Of a stretch of 64,000 nucleotides of DNA, positions 28,413 through 35,762 are shown in pieces (within the stretch, counting starts at the first letter, position 1; every line of letters starts with the position of its first letter). The stretch covers positions 2,803 through 66,802 of the forward strand of contig CADAZC010000002.1 of assembly GCA_902792295.1 (NCBI GenBank). Direction: 5' to 3'. The position numbers were made by a program, and so were the translations under genes. A model generated the notes under the pieces. It did not search any database and was not told where the DNA came from. It saw only the letters and a list, made by a program, of their open reading frames with translations. The DNA comes from an uncultured Eubacteriales bacterium. GTDB lineage: Bacteria > Bacillota > Clostridia > Christensenellales > CAG-138.

Positions 28413-29561
28413 GTGAAACGGTTTCAAAGGTTTTTTATAGGGGCGATATGCCTTTTGATGCTCATCAGCTGCGCAGGCAAAAAAGAAGCGCAGCCGCCCG
28501 AAAGCGCTGCGCCGGAAGTTGCGGCGGAGGAGATCGTTCTGCTGCCGACCGAAGAAACCGCAGAGGCGACGGCGAACGCTGCGATGCCGCCGGTTTCCGA
28601 GGGAACGCCTGAGCCGACCGCGGAACCGACGCCCGAGCCGACGGCGGAACCAACTGCCGCACCGCGATATATCGTGGCGGACGGCGTTTATACGATCGCA
28701 TGGATGAGCGATCCGCAGCATTACTCCAAGAAATTTCCCGAATACTATTATGCGATGACGTCGTTTTTGCGGGATCACCGGGACGAGATGCAGCTTTCCT
28801 ACATCATCAACACGGGCGATCTTGTGCACAATACCGACCTCGATTCGGAATGGGACGTTGCCGACCGGGCACAGGCAATGATCGACGATATCCCGAACGG
28901 CGTGCTTGCCGGAAATCACGATGTGCTGGACCCGATCGGTTACAAAACGTTCTGCGCGCGTTTCGGCGAAAAACGGTACAGGGACAAGCCGTGGTACGGC
29001 GGGAGCTTTGAAAACAACCGCGGGCACTACGATCTCATCACGATCGGACAGACCGATTACCTGTTTGTTTATATGGGATTCGGACCGACCAAAAAGGCGA
29101 TCCAATGGGTGTATGACGTGTTCAGAAATTATCCGGACCGCGTCGGCGTGCTGTGCCTGCACGATTACTATACCAAGACGCAGACGCTTTCCGAGGACGG
29201 CAAAAGATGGCACGATCAGGTTGTGAAGAAGACGCCGAATCTCTATATGGTGCTATGCGGACACAAGTACGGCTCATACTGCTTCCCGGAATCGTTTGAC
29301 GACGACAGGGACGGCAGGGAGGACCGTACCGTTTATCAGATGCTGTTCAACTATCAGGCGTCTCTGTTCGACGGGGGAGGCGGGTATCTGCGGCTGCTGC
29401 AGATCAATGAAACGGAAGGAACGATGCATGCGCTGACCTATTCGCCGGTCTTTGACGATTTCAACCGGTTCGACGATCCGAACAACCGGGAGGAGTATTA
29501 TCCGTTCGATGAGAAGAACGAGGAGTATACGCTCCCGCTGCCGTGGACGCTGCATTCATAA
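28413..29561 (+). CDS. Secreted lipoprotein, calcineurin-like metallophosphoesterase
   Basis: GTG 28413 follows GGAGGAAGCGCC. The signal peptide has the lipobox LLMLISCAG, followed by a Pro/Glu/Thr/Ala linker (PEPTAEPTPEPTAEPTAAP). Phosphoesterase motifs are MSDPQH, NTGDLVHN, GNHD and LCGHKY. Confidence 0.75.
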   Translation: MKRFQRFFIGAICLLMLISCAGKKEAQPPESAAPEVAAEEIVLLPTEETAEATANAAMPPVSEGTPEPTAEPTPEPTAEPTAAPRYIVADGVYTIAWMSDPQHYSKKFPEYYYAMTSFLRDHRDEMQLSYIINTGDLVHNTDLDSEWDVADRAQAMIDDIPNGVLAGNHDVLDPIGYKTFCARFGEKRYRDKPWYGGSFENNRGHYDLITIGQTDYLFVYMGFGPTKKAIQWVYDVFRNYPDRVGVLCLHDYYTKTQTLSEDGKRWHDQVVKKTPNLYMVLCGHKYGSYCFPESFDDDRDGREDRTVYQMLFNYQASLFDGGGGYLRLLQINETEGTMHALTYSPVFDDFNRFDDPNNREEYYPFDEKNEEYTLPLPWTLHS

Positions 29562-29576
29562 GATCGTAAGGAAACG

Positions 29577-29607
29577 AAAAGAAGCGGAAATAACCGCTTC
29601 TTTTTTG
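29577..29607. terminator. Bidirectional intrinsic terminator
   Basis: AAAAGAAGCGGaaataaCCGCTTCTTTTTT: a perfect stem flanked by A- and T-runs. Confidence 0.8.
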
Positions 29608-29702
29608 TTTGCAGAATGGGTTGCGGAATCAAGGCCGCAAAAACAGCGACACGGCACCGGCACGCAGGAGGGAATACCGGTCCCGCGGATCAGCGTCGCC
29701 GA

Positions 29703-29813
29703 TCAAAATAAATTCAAAAGCAGCGAGCTCAGCTTTCTGTAAAAGACATGCGTACGGAGGCGGGACGCCCGTTCGATCCGGCGATACAATCTCTTCATTT
29801 CTAACTTGCTCAT
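29703..29813 (-). CDS. Candidate unannotated 36-aa small protein (MSKLEMKRLYRRIERASRLRTHVFYRKLSSLLLNLF)
   Basis: It falls below the ORF-track size cutoff. The ATG is preceded by AAAGGAGA at 7-nt spacing, and the bidirectional terminator lies downstream on that strand. I recognised no homology, so it could be a chance ORF. Confidence 0.25.
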   Translation of the reverse strand: MSKLEMKRLYRRIERASRLRTHVFYRKLSSLLLNLF

Positions 29814-30154
29814 CACAAAATCTCCTTTCCTGTATCTCGATTTAGAGTATAAAGGAGAATTATGTCAAAATTGTCGGAAAAATATGAAGGAAACGACAAA
29901 AAACGGCGATAAAAATATGAATAACTCTTGAACAAACTATGAACATGGTGTAAAGTATAATGGGGAATTTTATGAACAAAGAACGGAAAAGGGAAAACTT
30001 CGATGAACAGGCACGATATTTCGTTTATATGCTGCGCGGAGGAGAGGAATGCATCCGATCGTACGCCGGATCAGACGAAAGTGCAGCCGGAAACGGAAAG
30101 GGAGGAAATGCAGTTAACCGGAAAATGATATATGGAAAAGTTCGAAAAATATGC

Positions 30155-30183
30155 TTGACAGATTTGTTGCCTATGCCTATAAT
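30155..30183 (+). promoter_or_regulatory. Consensus sigma-A promoter for the tRNA pair (TTGACA-17-TATAAT)
   Basis: Both hexamers are perfect with 17-nt spacing, and the -10 ends 11 nt before the tRNA-Thr 5' end. Confidence 0.75.
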
Positions 30184-30194
30184 AGTAAAGGTCC

Positions 30195-30270
30195 GCCAAA
30201 GTAGCTCAGTCGGTAGAGCGACGCACTCGTAATGCGTAGGTCAGGGGTCCGAGTCCCCTCTTTGGCTCCA
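30195..30270 (+). tRNA. tRNA-Thr (anticodon CGU), CCA encoded
   Basis: Cloverleaf folded by hand. The acceptor stem is GCCAAAG/CTTTGGC and the D arm is GCTC-AGTCGGTA-GAGC. The anticodon arm is ACGCA-CTCGTAA-TGCGT and the T arm is AGGGG-TCCGAGT-CCCCT. Discriminator T and CCA follow. Confidence 0.93.
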
Positions 30271-30274
30271 ATGT

Positions 30275-30351
30275 CGAGGCGTAGCGCAGTTTGGTAGCGC
30301 GTTTGGTTCGGGACCAAAAGGCCGCTGGTTCAAATCCAGTCGCCTCGACCA
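30275..30351 (+). tRNA. tRNA-Pro (anticodon CGG), CCA encoded
   Basis: The acceptor stem is CGAGGCG/CGCCTCG and the D arm is GCGC-AGTTTGGTA-GCGC. The anticodon arm is TTTGG-TTCGGGA-CCAAA and the T arm is GCTGG-TTCAAAT-CCAGT. Discriminator A and CCA follow. Confidence 0.93.
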
Positions 30352-30411
30352 TATCGCCGCAAACGTCGAATCGTTCGCGGCGATTTTTTTTGTTTTGAAA
30401 AAGGAGGGGCT

Positions 30412-30879
30412 ATGTCGGTACGGCTTGCAAAAGAGAACGAATTGGAACGCGTGAACGAATTGCGCAGGCAGGTCAATGATCTGCATGTGAAGGGACGTTC
30501 GGACATTTTCAAGCCCGGCTTTCCGAAGGAGCTTTCCGATCATGTTTATACGATATGGAGCGATCCGAGGCAGAGGATCGTCGTCTGTGAGCGCGACGGC
30601 GTGATCAGCGGATATGCGGTGCTGAACCATATCACAAGACCGGAAACGCCGTTTATGACGGAACGGGATTATCTTGATATCGACGAGTTCTGCGTGGATG
30701 AAGCATATCGCAGGACAGGCGTCGGCACGGAGCTGATGCAGTTTATCCGGTCGTATGCGGAGGAGCTCGGCTTCTCCCGGATTGAGCTCAATATGTGGGA
30801 ATTCAACGCCGATGCGCTGGCGTTTTACGAGGAGATCGGGTTTACGACCTACCGAAGGTATATGGAATGGATTTTCTGA
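30412..30879 (+). CDS. GNAT family N-acetyltransferase
   Basis: 155 aa with SD AAGGAGGGG. The acetyl-CoA binding motif A region reads VDEAYRRTGVGTELMQFIRSYAEELG, followed by NADALAFYEEIGF. Confidence 0.8.
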   Translation: MSVRLAKENELERVNELRRQVNDLHVKGRSDIFKPGFPKELSDHVYTIWSDPRQRIVVCERDGVISGYAVLNHITRPETPFMTERDYLDIDEFCVDEAYRRTGVGTELMQFIRSYAEELGFSRIELNMWEFNADALAFYEEIGFTTYRRYMEWIF

Positions 30880-30885
30880 CAAATG

Positions 30886-30919
30886 AAAACGGCGGTTCCG
30901 ATCGGAGCCGCCGTTTTTT
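30886..30919. terminator. Bidirectional intrinsic terminator between the GNAT gene and the convergent lipoprotein gene
   Basis: AAAACGGCGGTTCCGATCGGAGCCGCCGTTTTTT. Confidence 0.75.
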
Positions 30920-30923
30920 GTAT

Positions 30924-31979
30924 TCAGGAATTCGGTTCGGGATCGCCGTCGACCAGATAGACGATATCCGCCATGAATCGCCCGCCGTTGCAGGGCTTGC
31001 TGTAGATGTCGCCGTTCCAGTAGAGCGAGGCGGATTCGCCGCCGTCGAGGTTGTAGGCGATCTTGCAGCCGAGCATTTCCATCAGCTTGGAAAGTTCAAA
31101 GAGCTCCAGACCGCGTGAATGGCTTTGCCGTCCGTCAACGGTCACGAAGCAGTAATGTCCCGGCTCATAATATCCGATCGCGCAGCGCGGATTCAGGGGT
31201 TTTACCTGCGAGGTGGGGAACTTCGTAAGCGCGTGACCGTCCTTGTCGAGAAGCGACGGACCGAATTGCCATGCCTGCCAGATATCGTCGCGCAGCGTCG
31301 CGGATTTGTATTCCTCCGCGGTCATCGTTTCCATTGTTCCGTCCAGATACAGGAAGCAGACTTCCCAGTTGCTGTAAAGCTTCGAGTCGTAAACGACGCC
31401 GTTCCGGATGACAAGCTGATGCGAATGCGCGTTATACATGTCGCCCGAAATCGCCAGGAGCGCGTTGCTGCGCTGGGCGATATTCGCTACGGTATCGCGG
31501 TCGCGATCACGGTTCTTGGATTTAAAGCTGTTCGCCGCAGCCGTGCGCAGACTGTGAATATCGCGCAGATAGATGTCCGTCACGTAGTAGGTCAGCCGAT
31601 GCCCGAACAGTTCATTGTCGACCACCGTTGTGACCGTAAAATGCAGGTTTTCGCCGATGTATTCCGTTTCGCCGACGACCGTTTCTTCCTTCGGAACAAA
31701 TCCGCCCTCGGTCCAGCCGATCAATCCGTCGGGTTCCGGCGTAGGTTCCGGCGTCGGGGAAGGCGTAGGTTCCGGCGTGGGCGTGGGTTCGGGCGTAGGC
31801 GTCGGCGGCTCGGGCGTGGGCGTCGGCTCCGGGGTCACAAAAACAAGCTCGTCCTCGCCGACTGCGGTCGGAACGGGTTCCGGCACGGCAGAGGGCGTAA
31901 TCTCCGCTTCTTTTTGTCCGATGCACGCGCAAAGCAGCAGAAGAACCGTTATACAAATCAGGGTAAGCAAACGTTTCAT
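30924..31979 (-). CDS. Lipoprotein, phosphodiester glycosidase family (DUF2233/NAGPA-like), paralog 1
   Basis: 351 aa with the lipobox LLLLCACIG and a (PEPTPT)n linker. The C-terminal domain reads ALLAISGDMYNA...CAIGYYEPGHYCFVTVDGRQ..SRGL.L.EL...LGC..AYNLDGGESA. Confidence 0.7.
   Translation of the reverse strand: MKRLLTLICITVLLLLCACIGQKEAEITPSAVPEPVPTAVGEDELVFVTPEPTPTPEPPTPTPEPTPTPEPTPSPTPEPTPEPDGLIGWTEGGFVPKEETVVGETEYIGENLHFTVTTVVDNELFGHRLTYYVTDIYLRDIHSLRTAAANSFKSKNRDRDRDTVANIAQRSNALLAISGDMYNAHSHQLVIRNGVVYDSKLYSNWEVCFLYLDGTMETMTAEEYKSATLRDDIWQAWQFGPSLLDKDGHALTKFPTSQVKPLNPRCAIGYYEPGHYCFVTVDGRQSHSRGLELFELSKLMEMLGCKIAYNLDGGESASLYWNGDIYSKPCNGGRFMADIVYLVDGDPEPNS
31731..31833 (-). repeat. Imperfect short tandem repeats encoding a Pro/Thr/Glu linker
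   Basis: Iterated GGCGTRGGTTCCGGC-like units on the plus strand translate on the minus strand to PEPTPTPEPPTPTPEPTPTPEPTPSPTPEPTPEP. Confidence 0.6.
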
Positions 31980-33040
31980 TTGTCGGCCCCGTCCTTTCCG
32001 TAATAGAATCGTGCGGAGGGGCAGTCCTCCTTTGCAACATAGATAATGTCGGATATCTTGCGTCCGCCGCCGCTCGGATGATTGAAGACGCGATCCTTCC
32101 AGTACATATGCGCGGATGCGCCGCCGTCGAGGTTATACGCCTTCTTGCATCCCAGCGATTCCATCAAAACGGCGAGTTCCTTGAGCGAGAGCCCGCGGGA
32201 CGCTTTCTGCCGTCCGTCCACCAGAACAAAACAGTAATGACCGGGTTCGTAGTACCCGATGCAGCTGCGCGGGTTTCCGGGCGAGATCGAAGTGTTCGGG
32301 AAAGAAGTTCGCGCCCTTCCGCCTTCCGTAAGCAGGGACGGACCGAATTGCCATGCCTGCCAGGGATCGCGCTCCAGAACGTCGTTCAGGGTGGTTTCGG
32401 AACCGGAAATGGTTTCCATCTCGCCGGTGCGCAGAAGAAGGCAGATATCGGCGGAGCTGATCGATTTCCGGTAAACCTCGCCGTTGCGGATGACGATCGC
32501 TTTTTTCTGCACGCTGTAGTAGTCTCCGGAAATCGCGACAAGCGCGTTTTCTCTCTTCGAAACTGCCTGCATCTTGCCGCTCCCGCCCTTCGAGAAGGTT
32601 CCGCTTGCGGCAGCGGTGCGGATCTGGGTCACATCGGACACGTAAATGTCCGCAACATAATAAACGAGCGCTTTCGAAAACATCTTGGAATCGACATGCG
32701 TCGTAACGGTGACCGAAAGCGTCGGGCTCTTGTATCCGTTTTCAAAGAAAATGCCGCCCTCCGACCAGAACGGCGCCATCACCGTTCGTTCGGTGCGCGG
32801 ATCGTCCGTCGGATCGGCGGGGATCGGCGCAAGCGTAGGCGCGGGGGAAGGCGTTTCCGGCACGGCGGTGCGAAGCGCTTTCGCCTCTTCCGGGGCAAAG
32901 GATTGCGGTGCAGCGGAAGGAACGGTCGTTTCGTTCCGGCTTCTGAGAGACAAAGCATAGGTCGTTACCGCCGCAAGCGCGGCAAGCACGACAAACAGAA
33001 GCACAACCGGTACGATTGTTTTTGCAGAAGCTTTTCTCAT
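31976..33040 (-). CDS. Membrane-anchored phosphodiester glycosidase family protein, paralog 2
   Basis: 354 aa with an N-terminal signal anchor. It shares the C-terminal pattern of its neighbour: ALVAISGDYYS...CIGYYEPGHYCFVLVDGRQ..SRGLSLKELA..MESLGCKKAYNLDGGASA. ATGA overlaps occur at both ends. Confidence 0.7.
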   Translation of the reverse strand: MRKASAKTIVPVVLLFVVLAALAAVTTYALSLRSRNETTVPSAAPQSFAPEEAKALRTAVPETPSPAPTLAPIPADPTDDPRTERTVMAPFWSEGGIFFENGYKSPTLSVTVTTHVDSKMFSKALVYYVADIYVSDVTQIRTAAASGTFSKGGSGKMQAVSKRENALVAISGDYYSVQKKAIVIRNGEVYRKSISSADICLLLRTGEMETISGSETTLNDVLERDPWQAWQFGPSLLTEGGRARTSFPNTSISPGNPRSCIGYYEPGHYCFVLVDGRQKASRGLSLKELAVLMESLGCKKAYNLDGGASAHMYWKDRVFNHPSGGGRKISDIIYVAKEDCPSARFYYGKDGADK

Positions 33041-33678
33041 ACGTTAAGGATATGCAGAACGATTGCGGCAGATACTGCATCGCATCGCAAAAAATCCGGA
33101 AGAATGCCAAGCGCTTCCAGCAGGATTTTAATGCCGATCGCAATCAGAACGCATCCGCCGAAAATCGTGGCGGCACGATGATATTTCAAGCCGAACCGGT
33201 TGCCGATCCAGACGCCGATCAGCGACAGGATAAACGTTGTCAGACCGATTGCGGAGACCGCAAGAAAGATGCTGGTTCCCTGTCCGAACCAAACGATGCC
33301 TTCCTGCATCGAAAACGAAACGCCGACGGCGAATGCGTCGATGCTCGTAGCGATCGCGAGAACAAACAGCCGTCCGATCGTGCCGATGTCCGAAGGTTCG
33401 TCGTCCTTATCGCGAATCCCGTCGATCAGCATTTTGATGCCGATGATCAGAAGCAGGGCGCAGGCGATCCACGGACCGATCGTAACGGCGGAGGCGAACG
33501 TTGAGCCGAGCGCGAATCCGATCAGCGGCATCAGCGCCTGAAACCCGCCGAAAAAGAGCGCAATCAGCGCTGCGCGGCGAAGGTCCAGCTTCTTCATGGA
33601 TACGCCCTGACACATGGATACCGCAAATGCATCCATGGACAGGCCTACGCCGATCAGAAGAATATCCGTAAAGTTCAT
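33037..33678 (-). CDS. mntP: Manganese efflux pump MntP
   Basis: 213 aa: ILLIGVGLSMDAFAVSMCQG, with an internal repeat AIATSIDAFAVGVSF. It has six TM segments and the SD GGGAGG. Confidence 0.85.
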   Translation of the reverse strand: MNFTDILLIGVGLSMDAFAVSMCQGVSMKKLDLRRAALIALFFGGFQALMPLIGFALGSTFASAVTIGPWIACALLLIIGIKMLIDGIRDKDDEPSDIGTIGRLFVLAIATSIDAFAVGVSFSMQEGIVWFGQGTSIFLAVSAIGLTTFILSLIGVWIGNRFGLKYHRAATIFGGCVLIAIGIKILLEALGILPDFLRCDAVSAAIVLHILNV

Positions 33679-33703
33679 GTGCGCCTCCCGAATGATCGGC
33701 TAC

Positions 33704-33732
33704 AGTATAACAAAGAAAAAAAGCATTCGCAA
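33704..33732 (-). promoter_or_regulatory. Sigma-A-type promoter candidate for mntP operon (TTGCGA-17-TATACT)
   Basis: Pattern on the minus strand about 25 nt upstream of the mntP ATG. Confidence 0.5.
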
Positions 33733-33785
33733 TCTTTCTGCAGGAATTTCATTCTAACTTTACATTTATAACGCATCATTCTTTC

Positions 33786-33814
33786 TTTACACCGTGCACG
33801 TCCTGCGTTATACT
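33786..33814 (+). promoter_or_regulatory. Sigma-A-type promoter candidate for the PP-loop ATPase gene (TTTACA-17-TATACT)
   Basis: Pattern about 20 nt upstream of ATG 33836. Confidence 0.5.
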
Positions 33815-33835
33815 TAACCCGAAGAGGACACGAAT

Positions 33836-34594
33836 ATGAAACGGATTTTAGGCAGCATCCGCAGGGCGGATGAAAAATTCAAGATGATCGAGGACGGGGA
33901 CAGGATCTGCGTCGGCGTATCCGGCGGGAAGGATTCCCTGCTTCTGATGCAGGCGATGAAGCTGTATCAGCGATTCTCCTATACGAAGTTCGACGTGATC
34001 GCGATCATGCTGGACCTCGGACTGAAGTATCAGAACACGGCGCCGATCAAAGAATACGCGGAACGCATCGGTATTCCGTTTGAAGTACTCCCGACCGAAA
34101 TCGGCAAGGTCGTGTTCGAATACCGCGCGGAACGTTCGCCGTGCGCGCTCTGTGCAAAGCTCCGGCGCGGCGCTTTGAATACTGCGGCGAAACAGCGCGG
34201 CTGCAACAAGGTCGCGCTCGGGCACAACCGCGAGGACGTGCTGGAGACGTTTTTGATGTCGCTGCTCTATGAAGGGCGAATGAATACGTTTGCCCCGATT
34301 ACATATCTGTCCAGAAAGGACATCACGGTCATCCGTCCGATGATCTATGTGCCCGAAAAATACTGCCTTTCCGTAGCGAAGCAGCTGGATCTGCCGGTGC
34401 TTCCGCCGAATTGCGAGATTGCGGGAAAAACGAAGCGGGAAGAGGCAAAGGAACTCATCAAATACCTTTGCACGATCGTGCCGGACGCCGACGTCAAAAT
34501 GATGCATGCCATCACCAACACCGAAAAATACGGTCTGTGGGATCGCATGCGTCTGAAGCAGTCAATGGGGAAACCCCTTGACGATGAAGAATAG
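33836..34594 (+). CDS. ttcA: TtcA-family PP-loop ATPase (tRNA 2-thiocytidine synthetase-like)
   Basis: 252 aa with the PP-loop VGVSGGKDSLLL, the CxxC motif in SPCALCAKLRRGAL and LGHNREDVLETFLMSL. Confidence 0.8.
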   Translation: MKRILGSIRRADEKFKMIEDGDRICVGVSGGKDSLLLMQAMKLYQRFSYTKFDVIAIMLDLGLKYQNTAPIKEYAERIGIPFEVLPTEIGKVVFEYRAERSPCALCAKLRRGALNTAAKQRGCNKVALGHNREDVLETFLMSLLYEGRMNTFAPITYLSRKDITVIRPMIYVPEKYCLSVAKQLDLPVLPPNCEIAGKTKREEAKELIKYLCTIVPDADVKMMHAITNTEKYGLWDRMRLKQSMGKPLDDEE

Positions 34595-34596
34595 AA

Positions 34597-35121
34597 TCAG
34601 CGGAACAGGTCCGGAAGAAGCAGGGGAAGATCGGTCAAAAGCGTTTCGCGCAGCGCATCGCGGTTCTGTTCGTCAATCCGGAAAACGCGTGCGCGCGGAT
34701 GCGAACGAACGGCATCCAGAAACGGCGTCTGCTTGTCGCGTACGGCGGCAATGACGACCGGCGCTTCATCCAGCGTGCGCATCACCGCTTCGGTAAACCG
34801 CTGGGCTTCATTTTCCAGGAATCCGAGCTCGTCGAGCACGATCACGCCGTTATGCGGATAATTCATTGTTCCGGCAAACCGGTCGAACGCGTCCGGAAAT
34901 GCAATGCTCTTTCCTTCACGGCAGAGTCCGACGCGGTTACGGTCGTCAAAGTGTTTCGGTTCTCCGTAGGTATGGATATAAACAGGACAGAAGCCGTCCG
35001 GTCCGGCGGCTTCTTTTTTTGTGATCATACCGCAGACCGGAACGGGGATTTCACGAAGCAGTGAACGGATCAATGTGGATTTGCCGACGCCGACGCGTCC
35101 GGTAATCAGAATATGCCGCAT
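34597..35121 (-). CDS. P-loop nucleoside-triphosphatase, THEP1-like
   Basis: I trimmed the ORF to ATG 35121 (SD ACGGAGGCG). The protein is 174 aa: MRHILITGRVGVGKSTLIRSLL (Walker A) and VIVLDELGFLE (Walker B). Confidence 0.65.
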   Translation of the reverse strand: MRHILITGRVGVGKSTLIRSLLREIPVPVCGMITKKEAAGPDGFCPVYIHTYGEPKHFDDRNRVGLCREGKSIAFPDAFDRFAGTMNYPHNGVIVLDELGFLENEAQRFTEAVMRTLDEAPVVIAAVRDKQTPFLDAVRSHPRARVFRIDEQNRDALRETLLTDLPLLLPDLFR

Positions 35122-35132
35122 AAACGCCTCCG

Positions 35133-35762
35133 TTACGGATCCCGCACAAACAGGATCATAACCGTTTGCGGAACGACCGAAGGGTCGGAACTGATGCGAA
35201 CGGAGTACTTGCCGAAATGCTTTGAATACGGCTCGCCGGTTTCCGCGACCTTCCGGCATTGTTTGACGATCGTATCGCTGTCCGCGATTGTGCGGCGAAA
35301 GACGGGCATAACGGAATCGAGCAGCGCGCGCAAAGCGGCGACCGTCTGCCGGTTTTTCTCCCTGATCACGTTTGCGGTCTCCGTTCCGTCATCTAAATCC
35401 GCGCACAAAAGCGTTTCAAACGACAGCCGGACAAGTCCTTTGTCGTCGGATTCCATGCGCATGTCGAAGGCAACGCCGTCGGGCAACTTCACGTCGTAGC
35501 GATCCGTGTGATAAACGGTTTCGAAGCCGGCGCGATCCAGCGCATCCAGAATGTTCATGCCGCGGATCGACGGGTCGTCGGTCGGAACGGGCGAGGGGGA
35601 CGCTTCCGCATCGGTTGCGGCGCGGTCTGTCTTTTTCCCGCCGTAGAAGATCGCCAGCCCCAAAAACAGCAAAATCACGAGTCCGATGCATACGTACTCG
35701 ATGATTTTGATGCGGTCGACGCGGGGAAACCCGCGTTTCTTTTTCGTTCGGTCAGTCGACAT
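35133..35762 (-). CDS. Hypothetical single-pass membrane protein
   Basis: I trimmed the ORF to ATG 35762, which overlaps the stop of the upstream gene by 11 nt. The protein is 209 aa with a basic N-tail, one TM segment (IIEYVCIGLVILLFLGLAIFYGG) and an extracytoplasmic domain with no motif I recognise. Confidence 0.55.
   Translation of the reverse strand: MSTDRTKKKRGFPRVDRIKIIEYVCIGLVILLFLGLAIFYGGKKTDRAATDAEASPSPVPTDDPSIRGMNILDALDRAGFETVYHTDRYDVKLPDGVAFDMRMESDDKGLVRLSFETLLCADLDDGTETANVIREKNRQTVAALRALLDSVMPVFRRTIADSDTIVKQCRKVAETGEPYSKHFGKYSVRISSDPSVVPQTVMILFVRDP

Noticed and set aside
29960-30232. A 90-aa plus-strand ORF in the AT-rich spacer.
   Set aside because: It reads straight through the consensus tRNA promoter and into tRNA-Thr. 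It has no SD at its first ATG, so a genuine 90-aa protein is unlikely. Shorter internal micro-ORFs are reported separately as speculative.
30241-30882. A 213-aa minus-strand ORF.
   Set aside because: It is antisense to the GNAT gene, which has clear motifs, and overlaps both tRNA genes. It is a shadow frame.
33679-33835. A search for a yybP-ykoY manganese riboswitch upstream of mntP.
   Set aside because: I saw no GGGGAGUAG / UUGACAUA-type conserved cores on the minus strand. The promoter-like site leaves only a ~25-nt leader.
34592-34599. The convergent ttcA-like and NTPase genes are separated by only 2 nt with no terminator.
   Set aside because: The observation is real but, on its own, is an ordinary consequence of compact gene packing. 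I found no additional structure to interpret.
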